Positions 8,818 to 18,238 of a DNA stretch of 64,000 bases are shown here, piece after piece. Position 1 is the first letter of the stretch; every line of letters starts with the position of its first letter. The translations under genes were made by a program, and so were the position numbers. Under the pieces are notes generated by a model. The model did not search any database, was not told where the DNA came from, and saw only the letters and a program-made list of their open reading frames with translations. Source of the stretch: Patescibacteria group bacterium (lineage in GTDB: Bacteria > Patescibacteriota > Minisyncoccia > Portnoybacterales > UBA2143); contig JAHJSM010000002.1 in the NCBI GenBank assembly GCA_018830295.1, positions 14,598 to 78,597 on the forward strand, given 5' to 3'.

Positions 8818-10617
8818 ATGAACTCAAAGGAAATTAGGCGGAGGTATTTGGAATTTTTTGAGGCGAGGGGGCATCGCGTTATTGGCGGGGCTTCTTTGAT
8901 TCCTGAAAATGATTCTTCCACGCTTTTTATCGGTTCGGGGATGCAGCCGCTTATACCGTATTTGCTTGGCGAAAAACATCCGAGCGGGACGCGGTTGGTT
9001 AATTCGCAGAAATGTTTTCGGGCGGAGGACATGGAGGAGGTGGGGGATAATCGCCACAATACTTTTTTTGAAATGCTTGGTAATTGGTCTTTGGGCGACT
9101 ATTTTAAAGAGGAGCAATTGGGATGGCTTTTTGAATTTTTAGTTGATGAATTAGGGTTTGACCCGTCGCGGATTTATGTTTCGGTTTATGGAGGGAATGA
9201 GGAAATTGGCGTTCCGAAGGATTTGGAGTCGGTTGAGATTTGGAAGAAATTGTTTGAAGGAGAGAGGATTTTCTATTACGGCGACGAGAAAAATTGGTGG
9301 TCGCGTTCGGGCGTTCCAGTTAAGATGCCTGTCGGCGAGCCAGGAGGACCCGATAGCGAATTATTTTACGATTTGGGCGCTCATTTGAAGCGGCATGAAA
9401 ATTCTGTTTGGAAAAATCAGCCCTGCCATATTAATTGCGATTGCGGGCGGTTTATTGAAGTTGGGAATAGTGTTTTTATGGAATATATCAAGACGGAAAA
9501 GGGCTTTGAAAAATTAAAACAAAGAAATGTTGATTTCGGCGGGGGACTGGAAAGAATGGCAATGGTGGCGCAAGGGAAGGATAATGTTTTTGAAACAGAT
9601 TTGTTTGTTAATATTTTGAATAAAATTGAGGAACTTTCGGGGGGCAAAAAATACAGGGATAATATGAAGTCGTTTGAGGTGATTGCCGACCACATTAAAG
9701 CGGCCGTCTTTATTATCGGTGATACGCGAGGCGTTTTACCGTCAAATCTCGGGCAAGGATATGTCGTTAGGCGGTTGATTCGCCGCGCGATTAGGTATGG
9801 TAGATTATTGGGAATTGACGGAGGCGACTGGATGAAAAAATTGGCAGCGGTTGTTTTGGACGACTACAAAGATGTTTATCCTGAATTAGACAAGAAAAGG
9901 GAATTTGTGATTAAAAATATAGTAGAAGAAGAAGAAAAATTCAGCAGGACGATAGAGAGAGGGTTGAAAGAATTTGAAAAAGTGGCGGGGGGCAAAATCA
10001 GCGGAATGGACGCTTTTAATTTGTATCAGAGTTATGGTTTTCCGATTGAAATGACGCGCGAGTTGGCGGAAGAAAAAGGGCTGGAAGTGGATGAAAATGG
10101 ATTTGGCGAGGAACTTAAAAAACACCAAGAACTGTCGCGAACTGCTTCGGCGGGCGAATTCAAAGGCGGGCTGGCGGACGCGGGCGAGGAAACTAAAAAA
10201 CTACACACGGCGGCGCATTTGCTTTTAGCGGCCTTGAGGAAGGTCTTAGGTGAGGGCGTGGAGCAAAAGGGAAGCAATATCACGGCGGAACGATTGCGGT
10301 TTGATTTTTCGTATTCGGATAAAATGACGGACGAGCAGAAAAAAGAAGTTGAGGATTTAGTCAACGAAGCGATTAAAAAAGATTTACCGGTAGTTTGCGA
10401 AGAAATGTCTTTGGAGGAAGCGAAAAAATCTGGCGCGGTCGGCGTTTTCGAATCCAAATATGGAGAAAAAGTTAAGGTTTATAAAATCGGAGATTTCTCA
10501 AAAGAAATTTGCGGAGGTCCGCATATAGAGCGAACAGGCGAATTGGGAGGATTTAAAATAGCAAAAGAGCAAAGTTCTTCGGCTGGCGTTCGGAGAATTA
10601 AGGCAGTTTTAAAATAA
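8818..10617 (+). CDS. alaS: alanyl-tRNA synthetase, compact form lacking the C-terminal C-Ala domain
   Basis: N-terminal RYLEFFEARGH...SLIP.NDSSTLF class II AlaRS signature; editing domain HTAAHLL...CGGPH; only 599 aa. Confidence 0.85.
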   Translation: MNSKEIRRRYLEFFEARGHRVIGGASLIPENDSSTLFIGSGMQPLIPYLLGEKHPSGTRLVNSQKCFRAEDMEEVGDNRHNTFFEMLGNWSLGDYFKEEQLGWLFEFLVDELGFDPSRIYVSVYGGNEEIGVPKDLESVEIWKKLFEGERIFYYGDEKNWWSRSGVPVKMPVGEPGGPDSELFYDLGAHLKRHENSVWKNQPCHINCDCGRFIEVGNSVFMEYIKTEKGFEKLKQRNVDFGGGLERMAMVAQGKDNVFETDLFVNILNKIEELSGGKKYRDNMKSFEVIADHIKAAVFIIGDTRGVLPSNLGQGYVVRRLIRRAIRYGRLLGIDGGDWMKKLAAVVLDDYKDVYPELDKKREFVIKNIVEEEEKFSRTIERGLKEFEKVAGGKISGMDAFNLYQSYGFPIEMTRELAEEKGLEVDENGFGEELKKHQELSRTASAGEFKGGLADAGEETKKLHTAAHLLLAALRKVLGEGVEQKGSNITAERLRFDFSYSDKMTDEQKKEVEDLVNEAIKKDLPVVCEEMSLEEAKKSGAVGVFESKYGEKVKVYKIGDFSKEICGGPHIERTGELGGFKIAKEQSSSAGVRRIKAVLK

Positions 10618-10618
10618 T

Positions 10619-11116
10619 ATGAGGCAGGTATCGCTTTGTTTGTTATTAAAAGAAAATCAGGATAAAAGAGAGATACTTTTGGCGATGAAGAAAAGGGGAT
10701 TTGGCGAGGGGCGGTGGAATGGATGCGGCGGGAAAATAGATATAGAAAAAGGAGACAAGAATGTTCTGGATTCGGCTTTGCGTGAGACGGAGGAGGAAAT
10801 AGGGGTTAAGATAAAAAATCCGGAAAAAGTCGCCATAATAGATTTTCATTTTCCAGAGGTTCCAAAAGAGAAGGGCTTTGACCAGCAGGTTCATATTTTT
10901 TTAGTCAGGGATTGGGAAGGGGAGCCGACGGAAAGTGAGGAGATGGCGCCTAAGTGGTTTGGCATGGAAGAAATTCCTTTTGATAAAATGTGGGAGGACG
11001 ATAAACATTGGCTACCCTATGTTTTAGAAAACAAAAAATTGAGAGGAAAATTTGTCTTTGATAAAGAGGATAAAATAACCGAACAGGTGATTGAGTTAGT
11101 GGAAGCGGTGGAGTAG
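10619..11116 (+). CDS. NUDIX hydrolase (MutT-like)
   Basis: Nudix box GGKIDIEKGDKNVLDSALRETEEEIGV (Gx5Ex7REUxEExGU). Confidence 0.8.
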   Translation: MRQVSLCLLLKENQDKREILLAMKKRGFGEGRWNGCGGKIDIEKGDKNVLDSALRETEEEIGVKIKNPEKVAIIDFHFPEVPKEKGFDQQVHIFLVRDWEGEPTESEEMAPKWFGMEEIPFDKMWEDDKHWLPYVLENKKLRGKFVFDKEDKITEQVIELVEAVE

Positions 11117-11145
11117 ACAAAACAAAAAAAGGGAGAGATTAAAGA

Positions 11146-11176
11146 TGGGGGCAGCCCCCGCAACGGGGGCTGCCCC
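11146..11176. repeat. GC-rich paired palindrome GGGGGCAGCCCCCG-CAA-CGGGGGCTGCCCCC (repeat family copy 2; terminator-like after the NUDIX gene)
   Basis: perfect inverted arms flanked by GAT/ATC, extending the palindrome to 17 nt per arm. Confidence 0.8.
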
Positions 11177-11230
11177 CATCGGGCAATTAAAGGTCGGGGA
11201 GGGGGATATAAATATAAATAAATAAAAAAT

Positions 11231-12052
11231 ATGAATATAGATAAAATTGTTGAGATTAATGAGAAAATTAGGAAGGTGGACGGGAAGAAGATTGTTTCTC
11301 GGATTATTATCGGGCTGTTTCTTTTTATGCTTTTCTTTGGCGCTTTTGGGACGATTGGCGCGGGGGAGCGAGGGGTTTTGCTTCAATTTGGAGCGGTTAA
11401 AGATAAAGTTTTTGGCGAAGGGTTGTATATTAAAATTCCTTTTGTCCAGCAGGTGGTTACAATGGATGTCAAACTTCAGAAAGATGAAATTCCGGCGAGC
11501 GCTTCTTCTAAGGACTTGCAGATTGTGACATCAAAAATCGCTTTGAATTATCATTTAGATCCAGCATCGGTTAATAGGGTTTGGCAAGAAGTGGGGAAGA
11601 ATTATAACGCTCGGATTATCGCGCCATCTATTCAGGAAGCGGTTAAAGCGGAAACAGCCAAATTTACGGCGGAGGAGTTGATTACGAAAAGAGAAATAGT
11701 CAAAGAGCAGATTAAAGCAAATCTCGCAGAAAGATTATTAGAGAATTCTATTATAGTTGACGAATTCAATATTATTGATTTTAGTTTTTCAGCGGCGTTT
11801 AACGACGCGATTGAAGCGAAGGTGACCGCGGAGCAGTTGAAGTTGAAGGCAGAAAGAGATTTGGAGAGAATTAAGATTGAGGCGGACCAGAAAATTGCTG
11901 AAGCGGAAGGAAAGGCGATTGCGATTAGAATTGAAGCGCAAGCGCTTTTACAGAACGCCAAAGTGGTTGAGTTGCGATGGATAGAAAAATGGAATGGCGA
12001 AGTCCCTCAATACTGGGGGCAAGCAAGTCCGTTTATCGGACTTAATCAGTAA
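11231..12052 (+). CDS. SPFH/band-7 (prohibitin/HflC-like) membrane protein
   Basis: N-terminal TM followed by an SPFH-like core and a long Ala/Glu-rich coiled coil (AEQLKLKAERDLERIKIEADQKIAEAEGKAIAIRIEAQA). Confidence 0.7.
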   Translation: MNIDKIVEINEKIRKVDGKKIVSRIIIGLFLFMLFFGAFGTIGAGERGVLLQFGAVKDKVFGEGLYIKIPFVQQVVTMDVKLQKDEIPASASSKDLQIVTSKIALNYHLDPASVNRVWQEVGKNYNARIIAPSIQEAVKAETAKFTAEELITKREIVKEQIKANLAERLLENSIIVDEFNIIDFSFSAAFNDAIEAKVTAEQLKLKAERDLERIKIEADQKIAEAEGKAIAIRIEAQALLQNAKVVELRWIEKWNGEVPQYWGQASPFIGLNQ

Positions 12053-12061
12053 AATAAGAAT

Positions 12062-12400
12062 ATGGAAAAGTATATAGAAAAAAGGCCTTGGGGGAGGTTT
12101 GAGAGGTTTTGTTTGAATCAACTTTGCACAGTGAAGATGATTTTTGTTTTGCCGGGGGAAGAGTTGAGTTTACAGAGGCATAATAAGAGGAGCGAGTTTT
12201 GGAGAGTTATTCGCGGCGGGGGAGAAATAACGGTTGGCGAGGCGGTTAAAAAAGCGGAAAAAGGAGAAGAATTTTTTATTGAGAAAAAAGCGAAGCATAG
12301 GGTTAAAGCGGGAGAAAAAGGAATTGAGATTTTGGAAATTTCTTTTGGGGAGTTTGATGAGGAGGACGAGGAGAGGTTAGAGGATAAGTATAAGAGATAA
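12062..12400 (+). CDS. cupin-domain protein (mannose-6-phosphate isomerase type II C-terminal-like)
   Basis: KRPWGRFE...VKMIFVLPGEELSLQRHNKRSEFWRVIRG matches the PMI-type cupin signature; stop overlaps the start of the downstream glycosyltransferase (ATAATG). Confidence 0.55.
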   Translation: MEKYIEKRPWGRFERFCLNQLCTVKMIFVLPGEELSLQRHNKRSEFWRVIRGGGEITVGEAVKKAEKGEEFFIEKKAKHRVKAGEKGIEILEISFGEFDEEDEERLEDKYKR

Positions 12401-14961
12401 TGCCGCAAAATAATAAGAAGACAATTTGTTTTGTCCACTATGGGATTGGTTGGAGAGATGGGGTGAATACAGTTATTAAGACCTTGGTTGATGGAATTCA
12501 GGAGGAGAATCCGCGGCTTGGGTTTCGTTTTATTGGAGGAGAAGTGAAAGAGCGATTTTTGGAAGGGGCTGATTATATAGAAATTCCCGAACTTTTGCCA
12601 GTAGAAGATGATTTAAATAAAAGCGAAATTGAAAAAAGGGGATTGGCGATTGCTCAAAAAATTGCCGAAGCGACAGAGGGGTCTGATGTCGTAGTAATTG
12701 AAAATCCTTTTGTCGGTGAATATCATTTGTCGGCAATGCTTGGTTTTTCTATTTACGCGAAGCAATTTAAGCCGTCTGGAACAAAAATATTTTTTAGAAT
12801 TCACGATTTGTATGTTGATAGTCCGCATTATCGCGACGGAGCGTGGAAATCTTTTTCTTCTTCGGAAATTGAAAATATTGTTAGGGGCGAAGGAGTTGAT
12901 GGTTTTTTAATCATTAATCACGAACTGAAGGAAAAATTAATTCAGGAAGGAGTTGCGGCAGAAAAAATATTTTATCTTTCAAATGGCGTTGATGGAGAAA
13001 AATTTAATCAACGATTAGAAAGCGAGGAGACCGAAGCAATTCGCGCGGGGCTGGGAATTTCAGACAAAGAGGCGAAGATTTTACTTTATCCTGTGCGAGT
13101 CGTGCCGAGAAAAAATATTGAAGAGGCGATTCTGCTTGTTAATTATGTTCGTCAAATTACGGGCGAAAACTATATTTTAGTTGTTCCAGGAAAAGTTGAT
13201 AAGTATGACCCCTTGAGCCAAGGTTATTATGATGTTTTGGAAAAAATTGTCTTGGTGGCCGGCTTTCCGATTATTTTTACAAAAAAGCCTTTGCCTTTGA
13301 AAAGAAGATACAGCGCGTCAGGGGCAGTTGAAGAGTATAGCGTTGGTGATTTATATCAAGCGTCTTTTGCTACGGTCATGACTAGTTTAAGAGAGGGGTT
13401 TGGTTATCCATTTTTAGAATGTTGGTTCGCGGGGAAAATTGTTGTTGGGCGAAGAATACAAAATATTGTTGACGATTTTGAAAAAAGCGGACTTTCTTTT
13501 GAATGGCTTTATGATAATTTTTTGCTTAATAATAGAGATGTCGTAAACGCCGAAGATGAGAAAAGTTTTAAGAGGGCAAAAAGGGTTTTGGAAATTTTTA
13601 GGGACAAGGAGCTGAAGGAGCGGATATTGGAGTTAAATAAAGATGATGTTTTGAAGCAAGTTGAAGTTTTGCGGGATAGGACGCGACGGGAGAAAATCAT
13701 TAAGGAGAATTTGGAGGCGGCTAAAAATATTTATGAAGTGTCGGAGGTCGCGAAACAATTTTTAGAGTTAATACAGGGGGCTGCCCCCGTTGCGGGGGCA
13801 GCCCCCTTGGGACATTACAAAAGTTGCGAGATTGTGGTTGGAATTCCTTCATATAACGAGGCGGATTCCATTTCTAATGTCGTGAAGGTGGTTGATGAGG
13901 GGCTTGTTAAATATTTTAGCGGTCGGCGGGCGGTGATTATTAACAGCGATAATAATTCTTCGGATGGAACGAGCGAAGTTTTTTTAGGGGTTAAAACGAA
14001 GACGCCTAAAATATATATTTCCACGCCGCCGGGCGTTAAAGGAAAGGGAAATAATTTTAGAAATTTATTTTTGAAAATGAAAGAATTGGGCGCGGACGCG
14101 ACGATGGTTGTTGACGCTGATTTGAAAAGCATTACTCCAGAATGGGTAAAATGTTTAATAGAGCCGATGATGGACGGCTATGATTACATCACGCCGATTT
14201 ACGCGCGCGATAAATATGACGGGTCTATTACGAATCATCTTTGCTATCCTATAGTTTATGGACTTTTGGGATATGATATTCGCCAACCGATTGGCGGGGA
14301 TTTTGGGTTTTCGGGGAGGATGGCTGATTACTGGCTGGAGCAAGAATGGACAGAGGAAGTTGGGAAGTTTGGAATTGATATTTTTATGACTATGAACGCG
14401 ATTAAGTTTGGCGCGAAGTTAGGACAGGTTGATTTGGGATTTAAAATTCATAAAACCAGCGCTCCGAAATTGGATAATATGTTTTTAGAAGTCGCGAGTT
14501 CTCTTTTTTCGTTTTTACCCAAAGAGAGAGCGGCGGAAATTCAAAAACCTCCCTTGGTTTGTAGTATTAGCGATGAAGAGGGTTTTTCTTTGGATGATTT
14601 TAACCAAAAAGAAAGTACGGCTCGCGAAAAAGAGGAAATTAACGAGAAAATAGCGGTGGAGTTTAAGGAGAATTATAGCGTTTTGAAGTCGTTTATTCCC
14701 GAAGAAATTCGCGTTGGTTTAGAGCGAGAGTTTTTTGAGGAAAAATCTTTTGGGATAGACGGCGAACTTTGGGCGAAATCGGTTTATTGTTTGTTGGGCG
14801 CTTTTAGGGATGGCGCGGATAAAAAGGCGGTATTAAAATTGTTAAGAGCGCTGTTTTTCGCGAGGAGGAATGTTTTTGTTGAGGAGATTAGAGGTAAGAG
14901 CTATAATGATTTAGAAAAGATAATTCAAAGAGAGGCGAATTATTTTTTGGATTTGTTGTAA
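12400..14961 (+). CDS. fused glycosyltransferase: N-terminal GT4-like domain plus C-terminal GT2/GT81 glucosyl-3-phosphoglycerate synthase-like domain, joined by an in-frame copy of the GC palindrome repeat
   Basis: GT4-like EGFGYPFLECWFAGKIVVG; C-terminal half CEIVVGIPSYNEADSI...DADL (DxD)...IGGDFGFSGRMADYW resembles GpgS/MpgS-type GT2; linker QGAAPVAGAAPLG encoded by the repeat at 13776-13806. Confidence 0.6.
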   Translation: MPQNNKKTICFVHYGIGWRDGVNTVIKTLVDGIQEENPRLGFRFIGGEVKERFLEGADYIEIPELLPVEDDLNKSEIEKRGLAIAQKIAEATEGSDVVVIENPFVGEYHLSAMLGFSIYAKQFKPSGTKIFFRIHDLYVDSPHYRDGAWKSFSSSEIENIVRGEGVDGFLIINHELKEKLIQEGVAAEKIFYLSNGVDGEKFNQRLESEETEAIRAGLGISDKEAKILLYPVRVVPRKNIEEAILLVNYVRQITGENYILVVPGKVDKYDPLSQGYYDVLEKIVLVAGFPIIFTKKPLPLKRRYSASGAVEEYSVGDLYQASFATVMTSLREGFGYPFLECWFAGKIVVGRRIQNIVDDFEKSGLSFEWLYDNFLLNNRDVVNAEDEKSFKRAKRVLEIFRDKELKERILELNKDDVLKQVEVLRDRTRREKIIKENLEAAKNIYEVSEVAKQFLELIQGAAPVAGAAPLGHYKSCEIVVGIPSYNEADSISNVVKVVDEGLVKYFSGRRAVIINSDNNSSDGTSEVFLGVKTKTPKIYISTPPGVKGKGNNFRNLFLKMKELGADATMVVDADLKSITPEWVKCLIEPMMDGYDYITPIYARDKYDGSITNHLCYPIVYGLLGYDIRQPIGGDFGFSGRMADYWLEQEWTEEVGKFGIDIFMTMNAIKFGAKLGQVDLGFKIHKTSAPKLDNMFLEVASSLFSFLPKERAAEIQKPPLVCSISDEEGFSLDDFNQKESTAREKEEINEKIAVEFKENYSVLKSFIPEEIRVGLEREFFEEKSFGIDGELWAKSVYCLLGAFRDGADKKAVLKLLRALFFARRNVFVEEIRGKSYNDLEKIIQREANYFLDLL
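13776..13806. repeat. GC-rich paired palindrome GGGGGCTGCCCCC-GTTGC-GGGGGCAGCCCCC located in frame inside a CDS (repeat family copy 3)
   Basis: translates as GAAPVAGAAP between the two glycosyltransferase domains; the same repeat elsewhere is intergenic. Confidence 0.8.
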
Positions 14962-15045
14962 AACTTAAAATGGTGTATAATTTAATAAGGTCGTACTAAA
15001 TTTAATAAATAAAAAAATAAAAAAATAAAATAAATAAACAAAAAT

Positions 15046-15756
15046 ATGAAAAAAATATTTATCTATACAGTTATTAGTTCGTTTGTTTTTGTCGCTCTTT
15101 GCTCGGTGGTTTATGGAGCGAACACAAATCAAGGAGATCAAACTCAAAATCAAGATCAAACCCAAACACAAGATCAAACTCAAACTCAAGACGGAGAAGG
15201 CATAATGATAATGACCCAAGAAAGACAACAGATTAAAGCTCAAACAAAGGTTGAGTTAAATCAAATGATACAAGAGAGAAAACAGGAAATGGATCAAGAG
15301 ATGGACGAAACAGAGGAAGATATTAAAGGAGTTTATCAAAATCAAAATCAAGTTAAATTAATGGTTCATTCTTTGCTTGCCTCCGAGGAATTGGTGGGTG
15401 GTATTGGTCCACAAGTTTCCGAAGTCGCGCGCGGGTTTAATAATTCGGTTCAGGCGACAATTCTGGCGGAGGAGAAAATTAATTCAAGAAGCAGATTGGT
15501 CAAGTTATTTATGGGCGGGGATGATGAGGCGGCAGATGAAATAGAGCAAGAAGTGAACGCGAATCACGCAAGAATTATGACGCTTAAGCAATTAATGACA
15601 CAATGTGAATGTGATGAAGAAGTTAGAAACACAATACAGGAGCAGATAATGAATACTGAACAAGAGCAGATTAGATTAGAGGAATTAGCTGCTGGCGAGA
15701 AAGCGAAAAAAGGATTATTTGGTTGGATGAAGAATATTTTTAGGTTTGGGAGGTAA
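15046..15756 (+). CDS. secreted low-complexity/coiled-coil protein (QDQTQTQ repeats)
   Basis: signal peptide MKKIFIYTVISSFVFVALCSVVYG; Q/D/T/E-rich repeats. Confidence 0.4.
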   Translation: MKKIFIYTVISSFVFVALCSVVYGANTNQGDQTQNQDQTQTQDQTQTQDGEGIMIMTQERQQIKAQTKVELNQMIQERKQEMDQEMDETEEDIKGVYQNQNQVKLMVHSLLASEELVGGIGPQVSEVARGFNNSVQATILAEEKINSRSRLVKLFMGGDDEAADEIEQEVNANHARIMTLKQLMTQCECDEEVRNTIQEQIMNTEQEQIRLEELAAGEKAKKGLFGWMKNIFRFGR

Positions 15757-15761
15757 AAAAT

Positions 15762-16703
15762 ATGACTCAACAAAATAACGCGGCGAAATATGCTTTCTTC
15801 TATATGCTGTCTTTGGTGTCTTTGATTTTTATGTCCTTGGCGACGGGGATGATTGTTTTTCAGATTATCAATAAAAAAATAGTGGATGTAATCCAGTCCC
15901 GCGGTCAATTTTCGTCGGACCAGTTAAAATTCGCGATTTCGGCTTTAATAGTTTCGGCTCCTATTTTCTATATCACCGCGAGGCAGATTTTCAAGAATTT
16001 ATTTTCAGGCGCTTTAGACAAAGATTCTCAAATTCGCAAATGGCTGACTTATTTTATCTTGCTAATTTCTTCGGTCGTGATGACAGGGTGGCTTATCGCG
16101 GTTGTTAATGCTTTTTTGGACGGCGAATTAACTCTTAAATTTATCTTGAAGGCCTTGACGGCTATTGGCATCGCGGCGATTGTTTTTACATTTTATCTTT
16201 ACGATATTAAACGGGAAAATGTGATGGGAGCGAAAGATAATGTGATTCGGGCGTATTTTTACGGTTCGTTGGCAATTGTGATTGCTGTTTTTGCTTCGTC
16301 TCTTTTTATCGTGGAATCGCCGACAGCAACAAGGGATAGAAAAATGGACAATGAGGTTTTGTCAAAATTACAGAGTTTAGATAATTCTATTAGAAATTAT
16401 TATCTTGAAAACGAGAAATTGCCTGTTGATTTTGGAGAATTGATGGCGGAGTTTAGTTATTTGGGCTATTTGGGCGATAAAGATTTTGAGAATTCTGCGA
16501 CTGGCGAAAGGTTTGAATATATAGTTAAGGAAGAAAAAACTTTTGAACTTTGCGCTAATTTTAGAATATCCAATGAAGACGAATCGGATATTTCTCATGA
16601 CATTTACGGCAAAGAGTGGAGGCATGACGCGGGTCGTCAATGTTTTGAGCGGAAAATCAGAGAGACAGATATTATAGGCGAGCCGAGATTAAAAATTGAT
16701 TAA
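15762..16703 (+). CDS. integral membrane protein, unknown function
   Basis: about 5 predicted TM helices followed by a soluble C-terminal domain. Confidence 0.4.
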   Translation: MTQQNNAAKYAFFYMLSLVSLIFMSLATGMIVFQIINKKIVDVIQSRGQFSSDQLKFAISALIVSAPIFYITARQIFKNLFSGALDKDSQIRKWLTYFILLISSVVMTGWLIAVVNAFLDGELTLKFILKALTAIGIAAIVFTFYLYDIKRENVMGAKDNVIRAYFYGSLAIVIAVFASSLFIVESPTATRDRKMDNEVLSKLQSLDNSIRNYYLENEKLPVDFGELMAEFSYLGYLGDKDFENSATGERFEYIVKEEKTFELCANFRISNEDESDISHDIYGKEWRHDAGRQCFERKIRETDIIGEPRLKID

Positions 16704-16708
16704 ATTTT

Positions 16709-17503
16709 ATGTGGGAACAGATTGTTTTGGGCATTGTTCAAGGGGTTGTTGAGTGGTTGCCGGTTAGTTCGGAGGGCGTTATCTTTTTGGTCATTAAGAA
16801 TTTTTTTGACGCAGAGGCAGGAATGGGCGCGATTATTCATCGCGCCCTTTTTCTTCACTTAGGCACTTTTCTCGCCGCCTTGGTTTATTTCCGCAAAGAT
16901 GTCGCCTCATTATTTAAGGCGTTATTTAATTACAAATCATCTGATTTAGAAACGAAGAAGATTTTTAATTTTCTTTTGACCGCTACTCTGATTAGCGGTT
17001 TTTTAGGTTTTGTTTTAGTTAAAGCGTTTATCGTGTTAGAAGAGCAATTGGTTTTATCAGCGCAAGCGGTTACCGCGGCGGTCGGTTTACTTTTACTGAT
17101 TACGGGCTGGCTCCAAATAAAAACGAAAAAAGACGGAGTTAAAAAAGTTAAAGAATTAAGCGGAAGGGACGGGATTTTGCTTGGGTTGGTTCAGGGGTTC
17201 GCGGCGTTGCCTGGGTTGTCGCGTTCAGGGCTAACCGTCTCGGTTCTGCTTTTGAGAAAATTTAGCGGGGCAAGCGCTTTAAAGTTGAGTTTTCTAATGA
17301 GTTTGCCGATTGTTTTGGTCGGCAATCTTGTTTTAAATTTTAACGACTTCGCCTTTTCAAAAGAAGCGGCAGTCGGATTATTTTTCGCTTTTCTTTTCGG
17401 GATTTTAACCATTGACCTACTTCTAAAAATAGCCAAAAAATTTGAATTCGGCTGGTTCGTCTTGGGTTTTGGTATTTTGGTTGTTCTGTCGGCGATGGTT
17501 TGA
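16709..17503 (+). CDS. uppP: undecaprenyl-diphosphatase UppP/BacA
   Basis: WLPVSSEG (WLPVSSSGH-like) and PGLSRSGLT (PGxSRSG) BacA motifs; polytopic membrane protein. Confidence 0.8.
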   Translation: MWEQIVLGIVQGVVEWLPVSSEGVIFLVIKNFFDAEAGMGAIIHRALFLHLGTFLAALVYFRKDVASLFKALFNYKSSDLETKKIFNFLLTATLISGFLGFVLVKAFIVLEEQLVLSAQAVTAAVGLLLLITGWLQIKTKKDGVKKVKELSGRDGILLGLVQGFAALPGLSRSGLTVSVLLLRKFSGASALKLSFLMSLPIVLVGNLVLNFNDFAFSKEAAVGLFFAFLFGILTIDLLLKIAKKFEFGWFVLGFGILVVLSAMV

Positions 17504-17507
17504 GATT

Positions 17508-17577
17508 AATTCGGCTATAGGATAGCCGAATTATTTGCGGCTGGGTCTGAATGACTTGGCCGCTTTTTTGTTTTTTG
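17508..17577 (+). terminator. tandem hairpins after uppP: AATTCGGCTATAGGATAGCCGAATT (family hairpin), then GCGGCTGGGTCTGAATGACTTGGCCGC plus T-tract
   Basis: perfect inverted repeats; second hairpin followed by TTTTTTGTTTTTT. Confidence 0.6.
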
Positions 17578-17737
17578 AGGGGTTTAAATCACAATTCAAG
17601 GTCAGACCTTCTGAGCGCGACCTTCGGAAATGTCGCTACTCGAAAGGTCTGACCTTTAATTGCTGAGAGCGACTTTTGAGGACTAATACTGGGGATAATT
17701 TGTTGTTTTTGGTTGGGTTTTGTGGTAGAATTTTTAT

Positions 17738-18235
17738 ATGGCTTCTAAGAAAAAATTGGTTAAGGAGTTGGAGGGGTTGACGGGGCGGTTTATTGAGCCG
17801 AAGGGGAGAGGCGCGCTTTTTGCTTCTTTGGAAGGGGATAAGACGGAGTGGTTTCAGTGGGTCTCGCAGATGAGAATGGTTTTGAAGGGACTAGATAAGG
17901 CGGACGCTTTGAAGTTTTCAGGGTTTTTATTGCTTTTGGAGAGGGACGCCGAAAGTCGTTTTCATCAGGATAATTTAAAAAAGTTTTTAATAGAGAAAAC
18001 GGAATTTTATAAATATTACGATTTTGATTTGGATAAGGAGTTGAATAAGCAGAAGATAGCGAGGAAAAATCTTTGGACGAGCAAAATTTTAAGGATGTTT
18101 ATTAGTCGTTCTTTTTTGGGGATTTTGATTTTGGCGATGGTTCTTGGGTTTATTGGTTGGTTTTACGCGGATAAGGAGAGTTGTTTGGAATTTGTTCAAA
18201 AGGTTGTCGGACCGTTTTTTAAGGCAATAAATTAA
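17738..18235 (+). CDS. hypothetical protein with C-terminal TM segment
   Basis: ORF with extended -10 TGTGGTAGAAT ending 8 nt before the ATG (possible leaderless transcript); no recognisable domain. Confidence 0.35.
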   Translation: MASKKKLVKELEGLTGRFIEPKGRGALFASLEGDKTEWFQWVSQMRMVLKGLDKADALKFSGFLLLLERDAESRFHQDNLKKFLIEKTEFYKYYDFDLDKELNKQKIARKNLWTSKILRMFISRSFLGILILAMVLGFIGWFYADKESCLEFVQKVVGPFFKAIN

Positions 18236-18238
18236 GAT

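Noticed and set aside
10032-10457. 141-aa antisense ORF inside alaS (and similar antisense ORFs such as 11632-11961 and 44822-45403, 193 aa)
   Set aside because: Fully embedded antisense to strongly supported genes, with low-complexity Ser/Ala-rich translations. Typical shadow ORFs.
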